64,000 nt of DNA, taken from the NCBI GenBank assembly GCA_024137785.1, contig JAHRHZ010000019.1, positions 28,924,293-28,988,292 of the forward strand, given 5' to 3'. Both the position numbers and the translations under genes were made by a program. The DNA comes from Ginglymostoma cirratum. Its lineage: Eukaryota. Shown one piece after another: positions 1 to 11,515 of this stretch; the stretch's first letter is position 1; every line of letters starts with the position of its first letter. Under the pieces are notes generated by a model. That model was given only the letters and a program-made list of their open reading frames with translations, was not told the origin of the DNA and ran no database searches.

Positions 1-329
1 TTCCTTATAATTGCCACACCTTTGCTTTAAGCCTTAGTTCACTCCCTAATACTCAGACTGGTGCGGTGTATAATCTTGTTGCAACACCAAATTAAAACCG
101 GAATGCAAGATGTAATTTAAGCATATCAAGTCATTGTCAGCTGTTGTAAATTGACTTGAGCAACCCTTCATGTACGTCACAGATGTGTTAAGGACTAGGA
201 AACTATTAATTAATTTGTTTTATAAAATGTCAGTTGTTAAATCCTAAAGCCATTCAGCAAGCTTTAACCCTTTTGCAATTGCAATTCAAAAAGACACACC
301 CACGATCACAGATGCAAAAGAAACATGGC

Positions 330-590
330 AAGGCTGGGGGAGTATCACAGCTGAGTCAAATCCTGTTCTCACCTGTCTTCTACAGACATGTGCTTTCCAT
401 TAAGCCCGCAAACCAGCAACCAGTAAGAAATGTGGCTAAATTTACCCTTGCTAACTCTGCGATACCGAAACCACTTCTACCACTGAGATCAGTAAATTGA
501 ACACTGAACACGGAACAGGGAACGAATATATGATCTTGCAGACCTCCAACTCAGGTTCACATCAGGTGTTATAGCCATCCACTAACCGAT
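330..590 (-). mobile_element. Old tRNA-derived SINE remnant
   Basis: Reverse complement contains ggtgagaacaggatttgactcagctgtgatactccccc, resembling a common elasmobranch SINE body; strongly diverged. Confidence 0.45.
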
Positions 591-689
591 GTGAAAATTT
601 CTGCTGGACAGGAATTTGGATTAAATTTCAAAAGAGGAGTAAAAACTGCCTTCAGCAGAGAGTTTTACCTTTAACAAGCATGTTAGTAA

Positions 690-1060
690 TACCAAGACCT
701 GTATCTACAGCACCTATGATGCCGCATGATGGATAAGAACCTATAATATACGGAAAGATGAGAGATAGAAAGAGGAAGATAATTATAGGTGTTTCGGTAG
801 AAATAATTGATGTAGCATGAGTGGATATTGGACACGCGGATAGTTTATGGAGCAACTTTGGTGAATTAAAGAAGAAAAACAAGAGATGCAGATAAAAAAG
901 GGTTAAAATAAGGGACTGTTCAGTTAGCCAGCAGTAAATTATAAAAGTCAAAGATTTATGAAGCTTAAGATAATTTGCTCAGCAATAAATTATTTGAGAA
1001 TTGTGGTTGATCAGAGTCATAGGTAGCTAAGTTATTGGGGCAAAGTAAAGCAACTTCACC
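690..1060 (-). mobile_element. Possible highly decayed L2-like LINE RT remnant
   Basis: Minus-strand peptide KLLHKLSAC...IIIF loosely resembles the L2 RT region after YADD. Confidence 0.25.
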
Positions 1061-1574
1061 CACTTAATGTTAAAACAAGGAGTCATGAGACCAGATGGGA
1101 GATAGTGGTCACTATCTTTTACTAACAAACCACCTTTCATTACGTTATGGGTTCTTATCTACATCCATTTCAAATCCCGACCATCAGGGAAAGCAACTGT
1201 CAACGATCTCCTTCTATCGAGCCAACTCCTTATCCTACACCACACAGCAACAGTTGACTGAAACCACAGTTCCCTGTTTCATCTGCACAAATAGGACTTA
1301 CAAACTATAACCCTTCACTCAATCCACAGCACCATGAAACAGCAAAAATCAACTCACATAACAGCTTGCACAAAACTCCAACAGTGCCAACAAGTGTAAC
1401 AATACAGCCCACCCTCACACCTGTAAATCAACATCTGACAAACACCATTCTATCAGCAATGTAACTTCGAACTTCAAAAAAAGGTTAAAATTATTCAAGT
1501 TCAATACTTTCCACTGTGTAAATAGACCTGCTGCTCATTCTTCCCACACTTTACCACAAACACTAACTTAAACT

Positions 1575-1690
1575 TGACATAGAAACATAGAAAATAGGAG
1601 CAAGAGTAAGCCATTTGATCCTTCGAACCTTCTCCTGCTCATTACAATCATGATTAAGTATCTAACTCAATAGCTTGTTGCCTGTTCATG
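1575..1690 (-). mobile_element. CR1-type LINE 3' tail fragment
   Basis: catagaaacatagaaaataggagcaagagtaagccatt is the reverse complement of a CR1 3' end with terminal microsatellite. Confidence 0.65.
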
Positions 1691-2974
1691 GCCTGGGATG
1701 CTACTAGAGACTTCTTCTCTATCTATGAGGACAGGATTAAAAGCAAAATCTTTTGGATTGGAAAGATCTAAGGCAGTTGGTGATGATGAGAACAGAGACA
1801 TGTGGCTGGATGAAGGAAGAGTCAAAGCCCAATAAGTAAGGGTGTAAGAGTGTTTAAGTATGACAGGTAAGGATGATGGGGGTGGTAACCGAGATTTAAT
1901 GGAGCTACCCAGAGTGGCTTTGGTGTCAGAATGACTTGCGTAATCATTTGGTGACTGTGCAGACCACTCCCACCATTAGGAAAACTGACCCATCCCTTTT
2001 AATCAGTGGTGGTAATGGACGGACATGAGGCTCTGACCCACTGAGGCTAGATGCTCTCAATATTGAGCTACTTAAAGACGATTATCTCTGATCCCACTGG
2101 AATTCAGTGGTGATTTAGGGACTTTGCTGAATTTATGTATGTCATCTGACCAGTGAAGAGGAGCCTGTGTGCAACGTGCCCCCTTTCAAAAGTATTTAGC
2201 GCTCAATTGAGTATGTTGACATCAAGAAAGGAGTGTCCACTAAGAACCAAACCCCTCCCCTTGCCTTGAACTCTCCTTGCCAGTAACCTTCTCCCTTTGG
2301 CCCTCAAACTACCCTCACTCACCTGTCTCTGGGGATTTAGCAATAATCCTTGGAGAAGGTAACTGGGGCAGGGGTTTTAATTCTGATCTAGCCCATTGCC
2401 GCTTACTCATTTACCTGTTTGCACTGAAATTGTGTCAAGTGCCCCTTGGAGCAGGTTTTTTTGCCGGGGGGCTAAAGCTGACATTGAATTCCACCTGGTA
2501 TGTCATTCTTATTGTAGAAAATATGAATAATGCAGAAGTGAAGCGTGGTGATATAAATTTGCATCTTAAAAGTTGCTGGGATATGTTTTAATCCATCATA
2601 TTTAGATTGAGCTTCACTGTTTGCCCACATTGAGTATCTCACAAGAGTCATTATTTACAAAGTGATTGATCAAATAACAACATATTAGGCACAGCAGTGC
2701 CTCTGATAGCCCTTTTATTAAAGGCACCATAGTAGTACCAATAAAGCTTTAAATAACATAAGTTCCAGGATCAAGAAATGGACAGTGGTTACTAAATATT
2801 TCTGGATATTAGAGCTGGAATACAACTTTCTCCTCATCGAGGCTCTGAGAGGCATATGGGGACAATGTAATGGAGTCAGAGGTTGTGGACTGGAATGTCA
2901 CCTTCCCATCTCTCCCCTTGACAACTAAGGGTTGGAAGGGTCAGTTGAGAGGAGGATAATGACAGACTTCAAAA

Positions 2975-3770
2975 GTCCAAAATAAGATTGGCGCACAGAT
3001 ACGTGACAGATGAAATTAAATGCAGAGAAGTGTGAAGTGATAGGTTTTGATGGAAAGAAGGAGGGAGGATAATGCACAGTAACAAGTATAACTCTAGAGG
3101 TGGCACAGAAATGGAGAGATCTTGGATGTAGAGCATGTACACAAATAGTTGAAATTGATAAAGCAGGCGGAGAAACTGGCTCAAAATGACAAATGGAATT
3201 CTGAATTTTATAAACAGAGGCATGAAATACTCAACAAAGAAGTTAAGGAGATTATGTCAATTCTGGGCATCCCATTTTTGGAAGTATGTGAAGACTTTAT
3301 AAAACCTGCAATAAAGACTTGAGAATGGTTCCCAAAATTAAGGACTCCAGTCACCTCGGTAGATTGTAAATGTTGGGGTTGTTCTTGGAGAAGAGAAGGT
3401 TAAGAGGCGATTTTCTCAAGCTGTTCAAACATTACAGGGGTCTAGATAATGTAGATAGAGACAAACTGTTCCTGATGGCAGAATGCTTGAGAACCAAAGG
3501 ACAGAGCTCTAAGGGGATTGACAAAATAAAACAAAAGTGCCATATGGTAGTCTTCTTACACACCAAATGGTTATGAATGTGAATACACTGCCTTAAAGGA
3601 GCTGCAGGCCAATTCAATCATTGCTTTTAAATGTGGTTTGGATAAGTACTAGAAGGGAAAGAATTTGCAGGGCTATGGCGAAAGGATGGGTAGAAGGACC
3701 AATTGAGTTACTCTCGCAGAGTGTCAGCATGGACCTGATGGGTTGAATAGTTACCTTCTGTGTTGTGCTC
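2975..3770 (+). mobile_element. 5'-truncated CR1/HER1-like LINE (RT C-terminus plus 3' UTR)
   Basis: Decayed QMKLNAEKCEVI and LEKRRLRGD motifs; typical tail ending ccttctgtgttgtg. Confidence 0.85.
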
Positions 3771-3950
3771 ATAGAGTCATACAGCATGGAAACAGACCCC
3801 TTGGTCTAACTCGTCTGCACACACCAGACATCCCAATCTGACCGAGATGCATTTGCCAGCATTTGGCCCATATCCCTCTAAACCTTTCCTATTGATATAC
3901 CCATCCAAGTGCCTTTTAAATGTTGTAATTGTACCAGCCTCTACCACTTT
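3770..3950 (-). mobile_element. CR1 3' tail, tail-to-tail with the previous copy
   Basis: catagagtcatacagcatggaaacag...ttttaaatgttgtaattgtaccagcctc matches the reverse complement of the tail at 24280-24470. Confidence 0.85.
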
Positions 3951-5199
3951 ATTGCCTATTACAAGTTACTCAGATGTGAATTCTAGAAATACTAGGTGTC
4001 AACTCAATCCCCCTGGAGTACGGGATAAAGTCAGTATAATCACTCTTGTTCACTATTCTGAAGTTCCTGAAGGGAAGTACATGTGTGGACATTAGCTGAA
4101 AATAAGGGATTGCAGAGCTTTGTGAAAGCTGTAATGGTGAAGATGAAAAAAATTGCAGCTTAACGTCTCAGAGAACTGCCAGTGCCAGTGGAACCTTTGG
4201 TTAAAAAGCCCATGCTGTTCAAAAATTGAGGAGAGATAACAGAAAAGGACTGGTTTCCTTGTTTAGAATATTGACAATGATGTGGTGCCAGGGGTTGTGA
4301 TCAGCTCCTGTCGAGTTGGTGAAGTTGTGACTGATGGGGGTACTCGATTTAAAAGGCTTGAAATTAGATGCTGGGTGAATGGGCCTAACTAGCTTGACTG
4401 CACTGCAAAAGTACTTCATTGACTTTAGGATCTTCCGAAGTCAGTGATAGTGTGATATGAAAATGCAGGTTCTCCTTTTCCCTGCTTATTTCCATTCTTC
4501 TTCAAATTTCACTCATAATTTGGACTTTTTCTAGAAATAAATGATCAAAGATTAATTTCTGACTTTTCCAGATGTTTAGAACGCATTTGTCGAAAATAAC
4601 AGATGTTGGCAGGAAATAGAAAAAAGATCAAACACTCAGAGCTGGAATTGTTGAATAATTTGCTCGTATATTTCATTCATGTGATTTTGTCATAGTGGTC
4701 AGGTCAAGTAATCCAGTGAGGCAAATAGGTGAGGCAATAAAATCTTGCTGAACAGTGTTATTCCTGAAGCAGACTGTCTCCAGTTTCTTGCTGGAGCTGC
4801 TTCTCCCCTCCCCCACCTGGAGGCAAAGTACCACTTTGTGCTGTTCAAATTGCAGCACACAGCAGCTGTTTATCCTTGAGAACACCTGTGAACCACTTGT
4901 AGCCCATGGGCAGACAGCCTAATATTAACTGTCCGTCCAAATGAACAGGACTCCCCTTGTGTGTCAGACACATTCATATCAGATTAGATGCAGCCTGCGC
5001 AGCTTTCTGCTGGGTTTTAGTTTCCCTCAGTTGGCCAGTATTTGTCAAAAACATTCTACTTTGTTTTAATGCATTTCCACTGGGAAAAACTATGTTTAGC
5101 TTTGGACAGATTGCACTGAGCATTAACCTTGATAAATTTTGACAGTTTCATTTTTTTGTTATTGTTTGTTTAAAGGAATGCAACAGTGCCAAAAAAAAA

Positions 5200-5530
5200 A
5201 GGCTTTTTTTAATTTGTTCATGGGATGTGGGTGTCGCTTGCTGGGCCAGCATGTATTGTTTGTCCTTAATTGCCCCTTGCACTGAGTGGCTTGTTAGGCC
5301 ATTTCAAAGGATGGTTGAGAGTCGACCACATTGCTGTGGGTCTGAAGTCACATGTAAACCAGACCAGTTACAGACAATAGAGTTCCTTCCTGAAAGGACA
5401 TTAGTGCAACAGATGTGTCTTTACAATAATGTGTTAATGTGGTCATCATTAGACTAACTTTTAAAAAATATATTGAACATTAGGCTGGGTTTCCTAATTT
5501 AGAAACTTTACCACAACACCAGTGATCCAA
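5200..5530 (-). mobile_element. tRNA-derived SINE sharing its 3' tail with LINE family B
   Basis: Reverse complement ends gcccagcaagcgacacccacatcccatgaacaaattaaaaaaa; same body at 21500, 33845 and 50770. Confidence 0.75.
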
Positions 5531-5934
5531 AAACTGTAGTGGCTGCAACATAGATTCCTTTTGATATCTTGAGATTATTAAAAACAAGCTTGGATTTTTA
5601 GAATGAAAGGAGAGTATGTTGGTGCTCTCCTATGGTCATTTGACTGAGGGATTGCAGATTTATGTAATAGTAGGGGGGTGGGAGAATGATTTATAGAAAT
5701 AGTGACAAAGGCAGATCATAGTCAATGGATCAGAATGCCAGTATCAAAACTGAACAGGGACTCTGAGCACACAATTTCGAGCAATGAGACTGGTATTGCT
5801 ATTTTCCTAGGAGGTGGCACCTTACTGTCTGCTGAAGGATGATGATTGGGTTCCTGATGCTGCAGGATGAGAGAGCTGGCACCCCTGGGTGTTTGGCACC
5901 TGAACTGGGAGATTATGGATGCCGCTGAGGCTGC

Positions 5935-6281
5935 ATAATCAAAGAATTCCCTACAGTGTGGGATCAGGCCATTTGGACAATCATCAACCCTCCGAAGAGC
6001 ATCCCACCCAGACCCACCACATCCTTGTAACCCTGCATTTCCCATGGCTAAACCACCTAGCTTGCACATCCCTGGACACCATGGGACAATTTAGCGTGAC
6101 CAATCCACCTAACCTGCATATATTTGGACTGTAGAAGGAAAGCGGAGCACCCGGAGGAAATGCACACAGACACAGGGAGATTGTACAAACTCCACACAGG
6201 CAATCGCTCGAGGGTGGAATCAGACCCAGATCCCAGGTGCTGTGAGGTAACAGTGTTAAGCACTGAGCCACCGTGCCGCCC
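5935..6281 (-). mobile_element. HE1-type V-SINE, near full length
   Basis: Reverse complement starts gggcggcacggtggctcagtg (tRNA A box), then V domain gtgtggagtttg...tttcctccgggtgctccg and a CR1-derived tail. Confidence 0.88.
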
Positions 6282-6859
6282 CTTGCCACGAGGCACCTCA
6301 ACATAAACCTCTTCAGCCAAACATTTTAGTCCATGAGTGAGGTCTTTCTTGTTTGTGGGCCCCTCTTTGGGAGATGGAACCTCTTTCACTACTGAACTAC
6401 CAGCTGCTTCATAACGGCTGCCTCTGTGAAGCCTCCAGTTGTTGGGCAGCCAGTCTGCTTCCAAGCACATCATTGGGAAAGGTCCTCCATGTTATGAATG
6501 CAAGAATGCCCTTAAGTGGAAATTTAATACCCACTTAAGATTTCTGTTCATCGCCGCTGATACTCAAAATCAAGTGGAGGAGTCAAAATGTAGGAAACTC
6601 CAAAAAGCAAATCCTTTGGTGATTCTGAGCCTTAGGTGGGTACAATGCTGACAGCTACCACTATTCCCCCACTCGTGGTGGTCTCCATGGCAGCTGCTGC
6701 CCTTTGGCCAGGTGCCATCTTACCTGACAGAATTCCCAGAGTACACTCCAGCCAGCAGGTAAGACTCCAATTGTTGCATTAAAACCCACTGACTTGAATT
6801 AGAGGCTCTGTGGGCCTTAATCAGGCTAATTACTAAAATTCGAGCACATCAGTTAGACC

Positions 6860-7135
6860 TTGAATCCCTGCAGAGAAGATAGACACCATTCAGCCAATTG
6901 AGTCTGCACTAACAGTCTGAATAGCACCCCACCTGCACCCCCACCCCCACAGGCCCATAATCCCACATTTACCATGGCTAATCCACCTAAGATGCACACC
7001 TTTGGGAAGAAATTGGAACATGCTGCAGAAACTCACACAGATAAAGGGAGAATATACAAACTCCATATAGTCACCCGATGCTAGAATCCGGGTCCCTGGT
7101 GCTGAGAGGCAGCAGTGCTAACCACTGAGTCACCT
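6860..7135 (-). mobile_element. HE1-type V-SINE, diverged
   Basis: Colinear with 5935-6281 (catggctaatccacctaa; gaggcagcagtgctaaccactgag). Confidence 0.8.
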
Positions 7136-9044
7136 GACTGCTATTTAAATTAGACCCCCAACTCCTCTCAGGAACGGAAACATTTTTCTGACCGAATTTC
7201 AGTGAGTGAAAGAGTGAAGATCAGGGTAGCAAGTGTACTGGGAGCACAGCAATGCTCTCCTGCCAGTTTAATCACTATCCATACCAACTATATGACATCT
7301 TGTGATTGCTGTTCAATGTGTTCAATTGCTGCATCAGTGTGCTGAAGAATTGTTCTCTGCTGGATCACCTTATCCATCTTGTACCTACTCCCTTGCAATT
7401 TCCTGCCTCATATGAGCATAATTTTGTCTGTTTATGATAAAAAGCTGTGCTACAAAGGAAGTCCCAGTTGTTGTACAGAAAGATCCACCCGTACTGAAAC
7501 TGGCTATTGGATTTACTCCTCAAGGCCCTCTCTCACCTGATGTCAACACAGCATGTTCCTTTGATTGAATTATCTATATTCTTATCTCTCAGGGGAAGCC
7601 CGTTGCACATAAGGCTCTCTATTCAAAATAAGAATGCTTATAAGAAAACAATGAAAAACAAACAAATGGTTAAAGATGTTAAATTGAAAGTACCTCCTCC
7701 TATAGTTGACTTCCCCCTTAAGTAAATAATGAGCTGAACCGGACAAGGACTGTAACAGTAAACATTGCTGTATTGGTACAAGGTCCCAGAAATAATAGAA
7801 GACTTGAAAGATGGTGTGTCCTAACATTATTTAAAGGGAGTAAGCATCCTGCATTTGTTTTCTTTTCTTTGATGTGTTGGAGGGAAATGAGCCATAGAAA
7901 TGATGAAAACAGTCAGCCATTGTTTATATGGAAGCATAGCCTTGATGGTCTTCATCCTGTTCTCTCTTTTTACTTCTGGGTCTTCTCTTCCTTAAAAGTA
8001 GAACAAAATGAAATATTTGCCAGCTGAAGCAAGTCTCAACCATCAATATAAGAATTCTGGAATGAATATTGGCAATCTGTGTTAACTCCTTTCTGGAGAA
8101 TAATGGCAGATGTCTGGGGGAAGAAGTCTTTTAGACAGCACCACTCATTGCAGATTACAAATGAATAGGTCAAACCCCTGGGGGGGGCATGACCTTTAAC
8201 TTCTGGGTCAATTTTGCCTCATCTTTTGCCTATTATCTTAAGTAAGACTGAATGTCTGAGGATTAACTAGCTGACTTGTGCCCAGGATTGCTTGACAGCT
8301 ACAACAAGGAGTTGCTTAATCAGCATTTTATTGTTGAAAACTTCTGAATCTCATCAAAAATGGCAGTTTGAAGACTTTAGTAATGCTAACTTTTTTTGAG
8401 TGTGGATGGTTTGTGAACATGGTTATACAATATGTGCTGATCTGAAGCTTCCTTGAGTGATGAGGCAAAAGCATTTTGTTTTCCATTGGTCATTTTTATT
8501 ACCATGGTATTTTAATCAGCAGCCAGTTAAATTTTAATATCACCAAACAGTTGTTCAAAGTTAGTATTCACTAACCATAAAAAGGTAAAAGAATGAAATT
8601 TGGCAATTTTTAAAATGCTGCTGTGCACCAGTTGTGCTTATATTGCAGTGGGTGTGAAGCTGAAACAGTTGGAGGCTATCATCTGGAAGTATTCTCAGAC
8701 CAAAAGCCTGACTATGCTTCTGGAGTTTTCAAACCTGAGTTAAATCACACAGCTCTACTTTAATATAAAAAGAACTGTGTGGCATAAATATTAATGACTT
8801 TTAAACTTCTTTCGTTCTTTTACGACTTTTTCTATTACCTTCCCTCTCCTCTGCAGGGTTTAATCCTTCGGATCTACATTTCTGTCTTCAGTCAGAACAT
8901 CACCAAACTCAGCCTCAGATTTCCACAGAAATTAGTTAACACTGCTCTTTGATCAACCATGGGGAGGCACATTTGATTGATGTTACCGGTTCTCATGTTT
9001 TCCTAAGTGGCCAATTTTCCTCAATTTACCTACCTGAATAGGGA

Positions 9045-9130
9045 AGGTGGCAGCATATTGGTAACGTCAATGCAATAGTTATCCAAAAACCTAAACTAAA
9101 GGTCTGGGAACAGGGGCTCAAGTCCCACCT
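9045..9130 (+). mobile_element. tRNA-SINE head fragment
   Basis: B-box-like ggctcaagtcccacc after an A-box-like segment. Confidence 0.4.
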
Positions 9131-10562
9131 AGTTCTCTTGAAATTTTACTAACCAGTTCAAACACTTCCACTTATGGTTCATCCTTTTAGAAACGTTCTT
9201 CCTGTAGTTGTAATTCTCTCCCTTTTTCTGGTAGATTACAGAACTAAGTTTTCGGTTTCTACCAGATAGCAATAGACTCCAGCTGTTCGAAAGCAGTTGA
9301 AGGAGCACTGCCTCAATTGTTAAGGAAGCAGAAAAGCTAGGACAGGACACACACAGGGACAGTGACATGTTTGCAATGCACTGAAGTGTTTCAATGCAAA
9401 ATGTATTTAGCGAACACAGAAAAGATTTGTTAAATATTTTTCAACAAAACTGGTGCCTCTTTGAACTTGTGTTCATTCTGAATGGATAAACATCAACTTC
9501 CAGTTATCTTATCCATACCATATTGTCACTGATGAATGTGCGAATCAAATTTTATTTTCTTTTTTGGTTATATTTAACACATTGCCTATTTTAAAAAAAA
9601 ATTGCATTCAGTGTGGAGAAAGGACATGACCATGGCCTCGTGTGGGTTTTGAGCAGTGAACATCACATCCATTGTTATCCTGAAGCATTGATACAAACAA
9701 TAACCCCTTGGGATGGATGATATCCTTCCAGGATTTCCTGATCATTTGTTTTCACCGATAGACTTGTGTCAAGGAGCAAAAATAAACTAAGCTAACTGTG
9801 TTATAAGCAGGCCACTGGCTTGTGTGCAAGAAAAAGTAAGAAATCTGATTGGAATAAATAAAACTTTTATTACCTTTGTGGTCAACATTCTCCTATTGTA
9901 AATGGTGACTTTTTATTGTAAATATTTGCAACAGGTCCACTCTGACATCATTGTACAAAATTGAAAGATAGCTCCAAACACCATGGACACCATTTAATGT
10001 TACCCCGACCATATCATGGGGCAGAAAGATGCAAAGTGGGGGAGCCTTTTTTTCCGACTTCATCCAATTATATCAAGAAGTGCCTTCCTGCCTGGAGGCC
10101 AATTGAAGTATTTAAGTGACTAATTATGGGCCTCTGAAGGGTTTCATTCTGCTATCGCTGGTACACAGGGACTATACTATGTGCACAAGATTACAGGTGT
10201 ATTCTGGCAGAGCATGGAGGGTTGTGGAGGGGGTGTTCGGGCGAGGGTATGGTCACTCTCTTGGGCTCCTTGCACTCAGCATAAGGATGCACTGGTGGTA
10301 GAAATCGCCCTGCATTTTACACCAAAACCCCTGGCTGAGGCTGGAAAATATCATAGCAGAATTATCAGCGACTGTGCAGCCAATGGATGGGCCCACTGTT
10401 GCGACCACTAAGTTCTTCTCCCTGTGTCAATTTATAATTATTCTCATGATATAATTTGAGACTCATACTTTAGAAAATATAGACAGTTGAAGACATGATG
10501 TTAGCTGTGTTTCTCTCATTCAACTTCATAGCCACATGTAAAATCGAAGTTAATTGTCTACT

Positions 10563-10647
10563 ATAACAAAGTGTAGAGCTGGATGAACACAGCAGGCCAA
10601 GCAGCATCAGAGGAGCAGGAAGGCTGACGTTTCCGGCCTAGACCCTT
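10563..10647 (-). mobile_element. PLE (Neptune-type) terminal repeat fragment with partial hammerhead
   Basis: Reverse complement aagggtctaggccggaaacgtcagcc...tcatccagctctacac matches 38051-38135. Confidence 0.85.
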
Positions 10648-11344
10648 AACTTTCCGAACCGTGCAGACTCCCGCAGACAGAATGAGCTCCACTGCCATCT
10701 CTGTTGTGGTTTATCAAAGAATCCTTTGTATCCTTTCAAGGCATTGACATGATTCATTGGTTCAAGTGTTGTCACATAAGCCTTCTAAATACATCCATAT
10801 AAGACATCCAAGTCCCATTACTGTCAAACAATAACATAACTTATTTGTAATTTATGCTATTATCCTTTCCCACAAGAGAAAGGCAGGCTGCCTTTGAGGG
10901 ACAGAGAGGAATTTGTCCACCACAGATATTCATTTGAAATGGAATTTTCATTTCCATGAACAATCTGTAATACATCATGATCATCGTGTTGTCACTCCAG
11001 AGGAACTGCAGATGTTCTCTGGTACAATTGCACAGGTGTTGACCAGCTCTGGAACTTTTGCACCAGTGTCATTTTTCATTTGTACACCAGTACAGTGCAT
11101 ATTAAACTGTGATGTGATCACGGCAGGAGGTGGTGGTGGTCACATCAAGCATTCACAAACTCGAGCGATTAGGAATTAAATTGTGACAGAGTGGAAACTT
11201 ACTTTGTTTTTTTTTTCACTCCAGGGCATTGAAGCCGATTGTTGACCCAACTAAGATCAGCAAACTCAGCAAAGACCAGGGATTGTGCCTGACCTTTGTC
11301 AGTAAGTGCTGCTTGGTCAGCCGTGTCGCAGTTATTTGTCCTTT

Positions 11345-11515
11345 CAGATCTGTGCCAAAGATTGTGTGCTCAAATCCCACTGTAAAACTTGAGCAAAAAA
11401 ATCAAGATTGATCAAAGTGTTGCTCTGTCAGAGTTGATGCCTTTGGATGAAATGTTGAATTGAGGCCTGTCCTCTCAATTGGATATGAAAGATTTCTTAG
11501 AACAGTTTTGAAGCT
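11345..11515 (+). mobile_element. SacSINE1-type DeuSINE, 5' half
   Basis: tcaaatcccac B box followed by a Deu-domain-like ctttggatgaaatgttgaattgaggcc...aaagat. Confidence 0.65.

Noticed and set aside
6200-6281. tRNA gene
   Set aside because: A/B-box-like sequence is the SINE head; no cloverleaf, and it continues into the V domain
8830-8940. Strong splice acceptor ctctcctctgcag
   Set aside because: Frames close quickly; no donor or recognisable peptide
11225-11300. Exon with poly-T acceptor and GTAAGT donor
   Set aside because: Sequence resembles an antisense SINE remnant and the peptide is unrecognisable
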